From contig CAVSAC010000010.1 in assembly GCA_963725865.1 (NCBI GenBank), positions 128,001 to 192,000 of the forward strand: 64,000 bases of DNA, given 5' to 3'. A program made the translations under genes and the position numbers. Positions within the stretch are counted from its first letter, which is position 1. Each line of letters opens with the position of its first letter. Source of the DNA: Candidatus Eiseniibacteriota bacterium (GTDB lineage: Bacteria; Eisenbacteria; RBG-16-71-46). The notes beneath the pieces were generated by a model. That model had not been told where the DNA came from, did no database searches, and was given only the letters and a program-made list of their open reading frames with translations. Positions 12,502 to 21,863 of this stretch are shown piece by piece.

Positions 12502-13025
12502 GGGCGCGGCTCCGCGGCCGGTGTGCGGTGTTCCGCCTCGACCCGCTTGATGTCGTCGCGCAGCTGGGCCGCGCGCTCGAACTCCTCGCGCTCGACCGCG
12601 CGCTGCAGCTCGTCGTGCAGGCGCTGGATCTGGCGCGAGCGCGACACCCCGGCGCCGTCGCGCGCCGGCGTCTTGCCGCGGTGACGCGTGTCGCCGTGGA
12701 TGCGTCGCAGGAGCGGCCGCAGCTGGAACTGGAAGGCGGTGTAGCACTCCGCGCAGCCCAACCGCCCGGTCTCCCGGAACGCCGAGTAGAGCAGGCCGCA
12801 GCGCGGGCACTGGACGTGCCCGACGCGCTCCTCTTCGGTGGTGGTCATGCCGTCGACCATGCCCGCGAGGAGATCCGCGATGTCGAACTTGTGCTTCTTC
12901 GCCGGTCCATGCAGACCCTTCTCCTCCGCGCACCGATCGCACACGTGGATCTCGGTCATCTTGTTGTCATGGATCTCGGTGAAATGCACCGTCGCGGGGG
13001 TCTTCCCGCAGATCTGGCAGAGCAT
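12498..13025 (-). CDS. mcsA: McsA activator (Zn-binding CxxC motifs + UVR domain)
   Basis: CQIC, CDRC, CPRC, CAEC, HRGKTP, EEFERAAQLRD. Confidence 0.93.
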   Translation of the reverse strand: MLCQICGKTPATVHFTEIHDNKMTEIHVCDRCAEEKGLHGPAKKHKFDIADLLAGMVDGMTTTEEERVGHVQCPRCGLLYSAFRETGRLGCAECYTAFQFQLRPLLRRIHGDTRHRGKTPARDGAGVSRSRQIQRLHDELQRAVEREEFERAAQLRDDIKRVEAEHRTPAAEPRP

Positions 13026-13037
13026 CCGAGCGTGTCC

Positions 13038-13730
13038 TCAGGCCTCGACGAGCCGCCCGCCCTCCAGCCGGAGGACGCGGTCGGCGATCGCCGCCAGCCT
13101 ATCATTGTGCGTCACGACGACAAACGTCTGATGCCGCTCGCGGGCCAGCGTTCCCATGAGTACGTGCAGAGTCTCCGCCGCGCGCGGATCGAGGTTGCCG
13201 GAGGGTTCGTCCGCGAGCACCAGCTCCGGCGCGCCGCAGAGCGCGCGCGCCACGGCGACGCGCTGTGCCTCGCCACCCGAGAGCTGCGCGGGACGGTGGT
13301 CCCAGCGCTCGAGCAGCCCGGCGTCGCGCAGTGCATCGCGCGCCCGCACGCGGGCCGGCTCGGGCGACTCGCCCGCGATCAGCAGCGGCATCATGACGTT
13401 CTCCTCCGCGGTGAACTCCGGCAGCAGATGGTGGAACTGGAACACGAAACCCAGCCGGCGGGCACGGAAACGCGCCACCGCCACCTCGGAGAGCGACTCG
13501 ACCTGCTCGCCACGGACCCACAGCGTGCCCGTGTCGGGACGGTCGAGTGTCCCGAGGATGTTCAGTAGCGTGCTCTTCCCCGATCCCGAGGCCCCGATGA
13601 TTGCCAGAACCATGCCACGCGGGATCTCGAGGTCCACGCCCGCGAGTACGGTCAGACGGCCGGTCGGCACCGCGTAAGACTTCGTGATCCCGGTTGCACG
13701 CAGTACCACGTCGCTCGGGTCAAACGTCAT
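13038..13730 (-). CDS. lolD: Lipoprotein-releasing ABC transporter ATP-binding protein
   Basis: GASGSGKST, FVFQFHHLLPEFTA, LSGGEAQRV, ADEPSGNLD. Confidence 0.92.
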   Translation of the reverse strand: MTFDPSDVVLRATGITKSYAVPTGRLTVLAGVDLEIPRGMVLAIIGASGSGKSTLLNILGTLDRPDTGTLWVRGEQVESLSEVAVARFRARRLGFVFQFHHLLPEFTAEENVMMPLLIAGESPEPARVRARDALRDAGLLERWDHRPAQLSGGEAQRVAVARALCGAPELVLADEPSGNLDPRAAETLHVLMGTLARERHQTFVVVTHNDRLAAIADRVLRLEGGRLVEA

Positions 13731-13768
13731 CGCGGCAGTCCCTTCCGAGCATCATTTCGGGTCGCCTC

Positions 13769-15046
13769 TCAAGCCTGGCGCCGGATCGCGTCGATCGGCT
13801 CCAGGCAGGCGGCGCGCCACGCCGGGTAGAGGGCGGCGGCCAGACACAGCACCAGGGCGGCCAGAATGACGGCAGCGAAATCCCCCGCCTCGGGCCGCAC
13901 CGGGAGGCGCTCGATGAAGTAGACGTCGCCGGGCAGCCGCACGAATGGGTAGCGCTGCAACACTTCGATGAGCGCGTATCCCAGCACCGCGCCCAGCCCG
14001 GTGCCGAGCCCGCCGATCAGCACGCCCTCCGCGAGGAACACCTGGAGCACCAGCGCGCGCGTCGCCCCGAGCGACTTGAGGACCCCGATGTCGCGGCGTT
14101 TCTCGAGCACCACCATGAACAGCGTGCTCACGATGTTGAATGCCGCGACCAACACGATCAGGGCGAGGATCACGAACATCACCGTCTTCTCCAGCTTCAT
14201 CCAGGTGAACAGGTTCCGGTTCAGCTCGATCCAGTTGTTCGCTCGCAGACCCCGCACCGCCGGCGTCAGCGGCTCCACGTCGGGCGACGGCGTGGCGCCG
14301 ATCGCCGCCAGAATCGCCCGCGACATCGCGGGAGCCTCGAACATGTCGGCGAGCTTCACCTCGACGCCCGTCACGCGGTCGCCCAGCTCGTAGAACGCCT
14401 GCGAGGCGGGGATCGAGGTGAAGCCGAACGCGGAGTCGTAGGTGTAGAGGCCGGACGTGAACAGGCCCACGACCCGGAATGGCCGCAGGCGCGGGGTGAA
14501 GCCGAACGCGGTCTGGTCCGCCCCCGCCAGCGAGGCGAGCACCACCACGTCGCCGACCCGGGCGCCGATGCGCGCGGCGAGCTCGGAGCCCAGCACGACG
14601 CCGGGCTCGCCCGTGGGCGTGCGTGACGGGATCGAGTCGAGCGGCGGCTGGATGTTCGCGCCCACCGTCGTCACGACGCGCTCGGCCGCGAGATCCACGC
14701 CCTTCACGACCATGCCCTCGCTCTGGCCGCGATGGACGATCATGGACTTCGCGTACGTGAACGGCGCGACCCCCACCACGCCCGGCATCCGCCGCACGCG
14801 ATCGCAGATGAGGCCGGCATCCGCCACCCCACCGGTGTCCTCGCCGAGGATCACCACGTGCGCGTCGGTGCCGGCGATCCGCGACTGGATCTCGTTCTCG
14901 AAGCCGTTCATCACGGCGAGCACGGTGAGCAGCGCGGTGACCCCGAGCGCCACCCCGCCGATCGAGATCCCGGTGAGCAGGGTGATGAAGCCGCTCTGCC
15001 TCCGCGTGCGCAGGTAGCGCGCCGCGATCCACAGCGGGAGCCTCAC
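13769..15046 (-). CDS. lolC: Lipoprotein-releasing ABC transporter permease LolC/E
   Basis: IAARYL, VLAVMNGFE, AAFNIVSTL.M.V.EKRRDIG.LKSLGA, YPAWRAA; GTG start at 15046. Confidence 0.9.
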   Translation of the reverse strand: MRLPLWIAARYLRTRRQSGFITLLTGISIGGVALGVTALLTVLAVMNGFENEIQSRIAGTDAHVVILGEDTGGVADAGLICDRVRRMPGVVGVAPFTYAKSMIVHRGQSEGMVVKGVDLAAERVVTTVGANIQPPLDSIPSRTPTGEPGVVLGSELAARIGARVGDVVVLASLAGADQTAFGFTPRLRPFRVVGLFTSGLYTYDSAFGFTSIPASQAFYELGDRVTGVEVKLADMFEAPAMSRAILAAIGATPSPDVEPLTPAVRGLRANNWIELNRNLFTWMKLEKTVMFVILALIVLVAAFNIVSTLFMVVLEKRRDIGVLKSLGATRALVLQVFLAEGVLIGGLGTGLGAVLGYALIEVLQRYPFVRLPGDVYFIERLPVRPEAGDFAAVILAALVLCLAAALYPAWRAACLEPIDAIRRQA

Positions 15047-16566
15047 GTGGGGTCCGCGTCCGCAGCGCCCGGAGCGGAGTCCTCCTCGTCGTCGATCTCG
15101 GCGCGGCCCTCCTCCGGACGCAACGTCGGGAACAGGATGACCTCGCGGATCGAGCGCGCCCCGGTCAGCAGCATGGTGAGGCGGTCGATGCCGATGCCCA
15201 CGCCGCCGGTCGGCGGCATGCCGTACTCGAGCGCGCGGACGTAGTCGTGGTCCATGACCTGCGCCTCTTCGTCGCCGCCCGCGCGCCGCTGCATCTGCTC
15301 CTCGAACGCGCGTGCCTGCGCCTGCGGGTCGTTCTGCTCCGAGAACGCGTTCGCGAGCTCCATCCGCGCCGCGAACAGCTCGAAGCGCTCGACCACCCCG
15401 GGCCGGGTGCGGCTCGCGCGGGCCAGCGGCGAGGTCTCGGCCGGGTAGTCCACCACGAACGTGGGCTGCACCAGCGTGGGCTGCACCAGCTCGCTGAACA
15501 GCGCGTCGAGCAGTCCGCCCGCCCCGGTGCCGGGGCGCGTGTCGACGTGGTGCGCACGGGCCAGTCGCGCGAGGCGCGCGGCATCCAGGTCGTCCACCGG
15601 CTCGCCGACCTTCGCGCTCACTTCGTCGAGCATCGACATCCGCGGCCACGGCGGGGCGAAGTCGACCCGCTCGCCCTGGTACTCGAGCGCGGTGGCGCCG
15701 GTCGCCAACTCCACGGCGTGCCCCACCAGCGACTCGGTGAGCGCCATCATGTCGTGCACGTCGGCGAACGCCTGGTAGAACTCGAGCATCGTGAACTCGG
15801 GATTGTGCGAGCGGTCCATGCCCTCGTTGCGGAAGTCGCGCGCGAACTCGTACACGCGCTCGAGCCCCCCCACGATCAGGCGCTTGAGGTAGAGCTCGTT
15901 CGAGATGCGCAGGTACAGCGTCATGTCGAGCGCATGGTGGGTGGTCACGAACGGGCGCGCGAACGCGCCGCCGTAGAGCGGCTGCAGCACCGGGGTCTCG
16001 ACCTCGAGATACCCGCGCGCATCGAGGAACGCGCGCAGCCCCGAGATCAGCCGCGCGCGGCGGCGGAAGATCTCGCGCACCTCCAGGTTCATGAACAGGT
16101 CGGCGTAGCGCTGGCGGAAGCGGGTCTCGGGGTCGCGCAGCCCGTGCCACTTCTCGGGAGTCGGACGGAGCGCCTTGGCGAGCATCTCGAAGCCGTCCAC
16201 CCGCAGCGTGATCTCGCCGGTGCGGGTGCGGAACAGCTGACCCTCCACCCCCACCCAGTCGCCGACTTCGAGCAGCTCGTAGCGCGTGTAGGCCACCCCG
16301 AGGTGATCGGCCTTGAAGTAGAGCTGGATGCGCCCGCTGCCGTCGAGCAGGTGGGCGAAGCCCGCCTTGCCGTGGCCGCGGATCGCCATCAGCCGGCCGG
16401 CGACCCGTACCCGCTCGCCGAACTCGGCGGTCACCGCCTCGCCGCGCGCGAGCAGGTCCGCCGCCCGGTGGGTGGCGTCGTAGCGGTACGCGTAGGGCTC
16501 CACCCCCTGGGCCCGCCAGCGCGCGGCCTTCTCCAGGCGCTGGCGCATGATCTCGTTCAGGGCCAT
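15043..16566 (-). CDS. lysS: Lysine--tRNA ligase (class II)
   Basis: OB-fold N-domain, LYLRISNELYLKRL, FRNEG...HNPEF, YGMPPTGG.GIGIDRL. Confidence 0.97.
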   Translation of the reverse strand: MALNEIMRQRLEKAARWRAQGVEPYAYRYDATHRAADLLARGEAVTAEFGERVRVAGRLMAIRGHGKAGFAHLLDGSGRIQLYFKADHLGVAYTRYELLEVGDWVGVEGQLFRTRTGEITLRVDGFEMLAKALRPTPEKWHGLRDPETRFRQRYADLFMNLEVREIFRRRARLISGLRAFLDARGYLEVETPVLQPLYGGAFARPFVTTHHALDMTLYLRISNELYLKRLIVGGLERVYEFARDFRNEGMDRSHNPEFTMLEFYQAFADVHDMMALTESLVGHAVELATGATALEYQGERVDFAPPWPRMSMLDEVSAKVGEPVDDLDAARLARLARAHHVDTRPGTGAGGLLDALFSELVQPTLVQPTFVVDYPAETSPLARASRTRPGVVERFELFAARMELANAFSEQNDPQAQARAFEEQMQRRAGGDEEAQVMDHDYVRALEYGMPPTGGVGIGIDRLTMLLTGARSIREVILFPTLRPEEGRAEIDDEEDSAPGAADADPT

Positions 16567-16626
16567 GCGGTCTCCGTATGAGGGCGCGCCCGAGCCAGGC
16601 GCCGAGGGCAGCTCGAAAGTCGGGCG

Positions 16627-16655
16627 ACTCTAGGAACGGCGCGCGGGCGCGTCAA
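16627..16655 (-). promoter_or_regulatory. Sigma70-type promoter for the lysS-lolCD-mcsAB-clpC-bamA-lpx run
   Basis: TTGACG-N17-TAGAGT on the minus strand, in the purF/lysS gap. Confidence 0.7.
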
Positions 16656-16678
16656 GCGCGGGCGGCGCGCCGCTCCGC

Positions 16679-18121
16679 TCAGCGTCCGCTGCCGGCGCCC
16701 GCCACGCGGTGGAGCTGCTCGAGTGCGAGCTTGCCCGCGGTCGGGTCCACCGCGACCGGGTAGCGCCCGGTGAAGCAGGCGCTGCAGAAGCGCGCGCCGT
16801 CGCGCTCGCACGCGAGCAGCCCCGCGTGCGAGAGGTAGCCCAGCGTGTCCACGCCGAGGTAGTCGCGGATCTCCTCCACCGACTTGAGCGCGCCGATCAG
16901 CTCGCGCCGGCTCGGCGTATCGATCCCGTAGAAGCACGGGTGCGTGACCGGCGGCGACCCGACCCGGAAGTGCACTTCGCGCGCGCCGGCGCGCCGCAGC
17001 AGGCGCACCAGCTTGCGACTCGTGGTGCCGCGCACGATCGAGTCGTCCACCACCACGACCCGCTGCCCCTCCAGCACCTCGCGCACCGGATTGAACTTGA
17101 CCCGCACGCTCGAGTCGCGCCCCGCCTGCAGCGGCTGGATGAAGGTGCGTCCGACGTAGTGATTGCGGATCAGCCCCAGCTCGAACCTCAGTCCCGAGCG
17201 CTCGCTGAACCCGAGCGCGATCGAGTTGCTCGAATCGGGCACCGCGATCACCACGTCCGCGTCCACCGGGTACTCCTCGGCGAGCCGGTGACCGATGCGG
17301 CGCCGCACCCGGTCCACGCCCTCGCCGAACACCCGGCTGTCGGGGCGCGAGAAGTAGATGTGCTCGAAGATGCACTGTTGCAGCGGCTCTGCCGCCGGCA
17401 CGGCGCGGCGCGCGCGCGTGCCCTGCGGATCGAGGCGCACCAGCTCGCCGGGCTCCACGTCGCGCACCACGTCGGCCCCCACCAGGTCGAGCGCGCAGGT
17501 CTCGCTCGCGACCACGTAGCCGTCGCCGAGCCGTCCGATGCACAGCGGCCGGAACCCGTGGGCGTCGCGCAGCGCGAACACGGCGTCGCGGGTGAGCACC
17601 ACGAGCGAATACGCTCCGGCCGCCTGGCGCGCCGCCTCGGCCAGCGCCTCGCCGGGATCGTCGGCCGGGGACAGCGCCATCAGGTGCAGGAGGATCTCGG
17701 TGTCGAGCGTCGTCTGGAAGATGGAGCCCGAGCCCTCGAGCCCCGATCGCAGCTCGCGCGCGTTGACGAGGTTGCCATTGTGCGCGAGCGCGAGCGGCCC
17801 GCCCCGGTACACCACCCGCAGCGGCTGCGTGTTCTCGAGCGTGAGGCTGCCGGCGGTCGAGTAGCGGTTGTGGCCGATCGCGAGCACGCCCGGCAGCCGC
17901 CCGAAGTCGAAGCCGCGATAGACGTCGGACACCAGCCCGATGCCCTTGTGGCTGTGGAACTCGCCGCCGTCGTCGCAGGAGACGATTCCGGTCGCCTCCT
18001 GCCCGCGGTGCTGGAGCGCATGGAGCCCGAGCGCCACCACCTCCGCGGCACGCGGCACTCCGATCGCCGCGAACACCCCGCACTCCTCCCGCCAGGTCTT
18101 CTCGGCCGACCAACCGTTCAT
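16679..18121 (-). CDS. purF: Amidophosphoribosyltransferase
   Basis: Propeptide followed by ECGVF, LQHRGQE, GHNRYST, CIFEHIYFSRPDS, VDDSIVRGTT. Confidence 0.96.
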   Translation of the reverse strand: MNGWSAEKTWREECGVFAAIGVPRAAEVVALGLHALQHRGQEATGIVSCDDGGEFHSHKGIGLVSDVYRGFDFGRLPGVLAIGHNRYSTAGSLTLENTQPLRVVYRGGPLALAHNGNLVNARELRSGLEGSGSIFQTTLDTEILLHLMALSPADDPGEALAEAARQAAGAYSLVVLTRDAVFALRDAHGFRPLCIGRLGDGYVVASETCALDLVGADVVRDVEPGELVRLDPQGTRARRAVPAAEPLQQCIFEHIYFSRPDSRVFGEGVDRVRRRIGHRLAEEYPVDADVVIAVPDSSNSIALGFSERSGLRFELGLIRNHYVGRTFIQPLQAGRDSSVRVKFNPVREVLEGQRVVVVDDSIVRGTTSRKLVRLLRRAGAREVHFRVGSPPVTHPCFYGIDTPSRRELIGALKSVEEIRDYLGVDTLGYLSHAGLLACERDGARFCSACFTGRYPVAVDPTAGKLALEQLHRVAGAGSGR

Positions 18122-18708
18122 GCCGTCCCCCTCGCGACCCGCGCCCGCCGTCGGCGCCCCCCGGTCAGGCAGGGCACCGGCACCGGGACCGCACACACGC
18201 GCGCGTCCTGCGCGTGCGGATTCGCCAGCAGGCCGTGCGCGCGGTCGCGCGCCTCGGCCAGCTCGGCCGCTCCCGCGTCGGCGTCCGCCAGCGGTTCGAA
18301 GCCGAGGATCCACGCCACGCCCTCACGGACCGCCACGGCGCGCCCGGTGCGGTGCTTCCACCAGCGCTCGGCCGCCGGCCGCCGCTCGCCGCCGCGCTCG
18401 GTCACCACGACCAGCCGCTCCGGCGTCGTCAGCGGAGCGTGCTCCGCGGCACCGAAGCGGACGGTACACCGCTCCTTGTGCGGGTTGTAGAACTGAGTCG
18501 AGTGGTGGAGCAGGTCCTCGATCTCGGCCCGCTCGGGCAGCACGCCGGTCACTTCGAACATCCGCGCGCGGCGCAGGCTCGCGAGCCGGCCGCCGGCCGT
18601 GAGCCGCGCGCGGGCGACGGCGAGCGCGGAGGCCGCCTCCGGGTCGTGCGACACCAGCTCGACCCAGGCCTGCACCGTGCTGCGGGGTGGACGCGGAGCG
18701 GGCATCAT
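18118..18708 (-). CDS. Putative tandem (two-domain) PurS-like FGAM synthase subunit
   Basis: 196 aa between purQ and purF. Two PurS-like halves: ...HDPEAASAL...LRRARMFEV...FYNPHKE and ...AVREGVAWIL...GLLANPHAQ. Confidence 0.6.
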   Translation of the reverse strand: MMPAPRPPRSTVQAWVELVSHDPEAASALAVARARLTAGGRLASLRRARMFEVTGVLPERAEIEDLLHHSTQFYNPHKERCTVRFGAAEHAPLTTPERLVVVTERGGERRPAAERWWKHRTGRAVAVREGVAWILGFEPLADADAGAAELAEARDRAHGLLANPHAQDARVCAVPVPVPCLTGGRRRRARVARGTA

Positions 18709-19515
18709 GCCTCCTCCAGGTGACGGCGCAGGCCGTCGAAGATCAGCAGCCCGGGCCCCGGGGCCGTGAGATCGCCGTCCGCCAGCGCGCGATCGCGCCG
18801 GCGGCCCCAGGCGCCGTCGATGCCGCGCGCGAGCGCGCCCAGGTCCTGCGCGCGCTCGGGGTGCGGCATCAGCGCCAGCACGTTGCCGCGCGCGTTGCAC
18901 ACCGCCGCGGCCGCCACCTCGGAGCCGTTGGGGTTGTCGGGGAACGCCGCGGCCGGCGTGCCGTCCGCGCGCGCGTAGCGCAGCGGCACCTGGCCCTCGG
19001 CGAGCAGCTCCTCCAGCCGCCGCGGGTCGCGCGACACGAAGCGGCCTTCGCCGTGCGCGACCGGCAGCGGCAGCAGCGTGCCCGGTTCCAGCGCGCGCGT
19101 GAACACGCACGCCGACGGCTCGACGCGCGTGACCACCCAGCGCGCGTAGTAGCCGACGCGCTCCGTCATGCGGTTGCGCGCCAGCGCCAGCTCGATGGTG
19201 CCGCCGCCGGGCACCAGCCCCGCCTCGACCAGCACCTGCGCCCCGTTGCAGATCCCGAGCACCGGCTTGCCCACCGCAGCTCCTTCGGCGATGCGCCTCC
19301 ACCAGCGGGTGGTGCGCGGCGAGCGCGCCCGCGCGCACGCGGTCCTGGTACGAGAACCCGCCCGGCAGCACGTACGCATCGAACGCCGTCAGCTCTGCGA
19401 CCGGCCGCGTCCAGTGGAACACCTCGGCCGTCAGTCCGGCGCGCGCGAGCGCCCACCCGGTCTCGGTCTCGCAGTTGACGCCCGGGAACCGCACCACGGC
19501 GACGCGCGCGCTCAC
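18705..19515 (-). pseudogene. purQ: FGAM synthase glutaminase subunit PurQ, interrupted by a +1 frameshift near 19293 (pseudogene or assembly error)
   Basis: N-half VVRFPGVNCE...LPGGFSYQD in one frame; C-half VLGICNGAQ...AHGEG...NPNGS...MPHPER in another. Removing one base (GAG GCG [C] ATC GCC) joins them. Confidence 0.85.
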
Positions 19516-21863
19516 GAGCGCACCTCCTCGTTCCAGAGCCGCGCCAGCGGCGCGGCGGCCGCGGCGCGCAGCTCCTCGAGCGGCCACTCGAGCGGCGGAT
19601 CCTCGCCGACCAGGCACCGCAGCGCCGGCCGTGCGCTCACCGTGCCGATCGGCCACGCGAGCAGCGAACGCTCGCGCGCCGCCTGGAACAGCCGGGTCGC
19701 GCGCTCGGCGCCCACCTCGAATACGATCCCGGCGCGCTCGCTGAACAGCGCCAGCGCCAGCGGCGCCTCCAGCGTCGTGAGGTCCACGTCGAGTCCGAGC
19801 CCGCTCTCGGGCGGCGCCGCCAGCGCCATCTCCGCGAGCGTGAGGATCAGCCCGCCCTCGCTCACGTCGTGCGCCGCGACCACCCAGCCGCCCTCCGCGG
19901 CCAGCACCGCCAGCTCCTGCAGGCGCGCCTCGCGCGCCAGGTCCAGCGGCGGCGGCGCGCTCGGCTCCGCGCGCAGCACGTCGCGGCGGTAGGCCGATCC
20001 CGTCAGCGTGTCGCGCGGCTCGCCCACGAACACCACGAAGTGTCCGGCCTCGCGCACGGAGATCCCGGTCCCGCGCGCGACGTCGCGCACCACTCCCGCG
20101 CACATCACGATCGGCGAGGGCGGGATCGCCTCGATGCCGGTCTGGTTGTGCAGGCTCACGTTGCCGCTCACGTACGGCAGCGGATGCCCCGGGGCCGCCA
20201 GGCCGCCCAGTGCCGCGGCCGCGGTCGCGAGCCCGTCGATCGTGGCCTCGAGGTCGCCCATCACGTCGGGGTCGCCGGGGTGGCCGAAGTTGAGGCAGTC
20301 GGTCAGCGCCCACGGCCGCCCGCCCGCGCACGCCACGTTGCGCGCGGCCTCCGCGACCGCGTGACGGGCACCGAGCTCGGGGTCGGCGGCGCACCAGTGC
20401 GGATTGCCGCCGACCGCGAACGCCACGCCGGTGGGACGCGCCGGGTGCACGCGGATCACGCTGGCGTCGGCCTCGCCGGGCCGCAGCCAGGTGCGCCCCT
20501 GCACCTCGCTGTCGTAGTGGCGGTACAGGTACTCGCGCGACGCGCCTGCGGTCGATGCGAGGAGCCGCATCACCGACTCGCGCGCCGGCGGCTGGCGCTT
20601 GGCGGGACGCGCCGGCGGCAGCGGATCGCGCCGATGCGCGGGGCGCGGAGCGCGGCGGGCGGCGGTGATCGAATCGACGTCGCACTCCACCACCACGTCG
20701 CCCTGCCAGGTGACGCGGTACGTGGCCGACTCGGAGGCATGGCCGATCACGCTCGCGCCGGCGCCCGGGTACACGTCGCCGAGCGCGAACTCGTGCGTGT
20801 AGAGCTCCACCAGCTCGGCGGCGAACGAGTCCGGGACCACCCAGCAGTAACGCTCCTGGGTCTCGGCGTTCAGCAGCACCTCGGGCGGCAGCGGGCGCGC
20901 GACGCGATGCAGCGCGTCCAGCACGATCGACGCACCGCGCCCGCCGGCGGCCGCCAGCTCGCTGGTAGCGCACGCGACCCCGCCGGCGCCGAGGTCCTTG
21001 AAGCCCGCGCGGATCCCGCGCTCGCGCACGCGGCGGAACGCCTCCGCGTTCGCGACGTGGAGCACCCGCTTGAGGAACGGATCCGGCAGCTGCACCGCAC
21101 CCCGCTGCTCGCCGCCCAGCTCGCCCGAGGCGAACGCCGCGCCTCCGAACCCGCTCTCGTCGGTGGGCTTGCCGATCAGCACGAACGCCCACGGGCCGTC
21201 GCCGTCGGGCACCCGGCTGCGCAGCAGTCCGTCGCGCGGGGCGATCCCCACCGCCATCACGTTGACGAGGCAGTGGCGGTCGAAGCCGCGCGCGAACACC
21301 GCGTCGCCGCCGAGGTTCGGCACGCCGAGCGCGTTCGCGTAGTCGGCGATGCCCTGCACCACGCCGCGCACCACGTCGCGCCCGTGCACGCCCGCCACCG
21401 GGTCGCCGAATCGCAGCGCGTCGAGCACCCCCACCACCTCGGCGCCCATGCAGCCGACGTCGCGGACGATGCCGCCCACCCCGGTCGCCGCGCCCTCCAC
21501 CGGCAGCACCTGGCTCGGATGGTTGTGGCTCTCGTGCGCGAGCACCAGCACGAGGTCGTCGCAGGGCGCCGGCAGCGCCACCACGCCCGCGTCCTCGCCG
21601 GGTCCGAGGATCACCTGGGGCGCGGTGGTCGGCAGCCGCGAGAGCAGGTGCCGGGTCGACTTGTACGAGCAGTGCTCGCTCCACAGGATCCCGAACAGCA
21701 CCGCCTCGGCCCAGCGCGGCGGACGGCCGAGCAGCTCGCCGAGCAGCGTGACCTCCTCCGGCTCCAGCGCGACGCCGAGCGCCTTCAGGCGCGCGGCGAC
21801 TGCGGCGGGCTCGCGCGCCTCCTCGAGCGTCCACGCCGCCTGCGCGGCGCCGACCGCGCTCAC
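19512..21863 (-). CDS. purL: Phosphoribosylformylglycinamidine synthase subunit PurL (small type)
   Basis: WSEHCSYKS, ESHNHPS, GAATGVGGIVRD, DLGAGG, ETQER, TDCLNFG, SGNVSL, HDVSEGG. Confidence 0.95.
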   Translation of the reverse strand: MSAVGAAQAAWTLEEAREPAAVAARLKALGVALEPEEVTLLGELLGRPPRWAEAVLFGILWSEHCSYKSTRHLLSRLPTTAPQVILGPGEDAGVVALPAPCDDLVLVLAHESHNHPSQVLPVEGAATGVGGIVRDVGCMGAEVVGVLDALRFGDPVAGVHGRDVVRGVVQGIADYANALGVPNLGGDAVFARGFDRHCLVNVMAVGIAPRDGLLRSRVPDGDGPWAFVLIGKPTDESGFGGAAFASGELGGEQRGAVQLPDPFLKRVLHVANAEAFRRVRERGIRAGFKDLGAGGVACATSELAAAGGRGASIVLDALHRVARPLPPEVLLNAETQERYCWVVPDSFAAELVELYTHEFALGDVYPGAGASVIGHASESATYRVTWQGDVVVECDVDSITAARRAPRPAHRRDPLPPARPAKRQPPARESVMRLLASTAGASREYLYRHYDSEVQGRTWLRPGEADASVIRVHPARPTGVAFAVGGNPHWCAADPELGARHAVAEAARNVACAGGRPWALTDCLNFGHPGDPDVMGDLEATIDGLATAAAALGGLAAPGHPLPYVSGNVSLHNQTGIEAIPPSPIVMCAGVVRDVARGTGISVREAGHFVVFVGEPRDTLTGSAYRRDVLRAEPSAPPPLDLAREARLQELAVLAAEGGWVVAAHDVSEGGLILTLAEMALAAPPESGLGLDVDLTTLEAPLALALFSERAGIVFEVGAERATRLFQAARERSLLAWPIGTVSARPALRCLVGEDPPLEWPLEELRAAAAAPLARLWNEEVRS

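Noticed and set aside
13718..13724. GGTCAAA heptad resembling a CtsR box upstream of mcsA
   Set aside because: Single copy inside lolD; CtsR needs a tandem repeat, and no ctsR is present.
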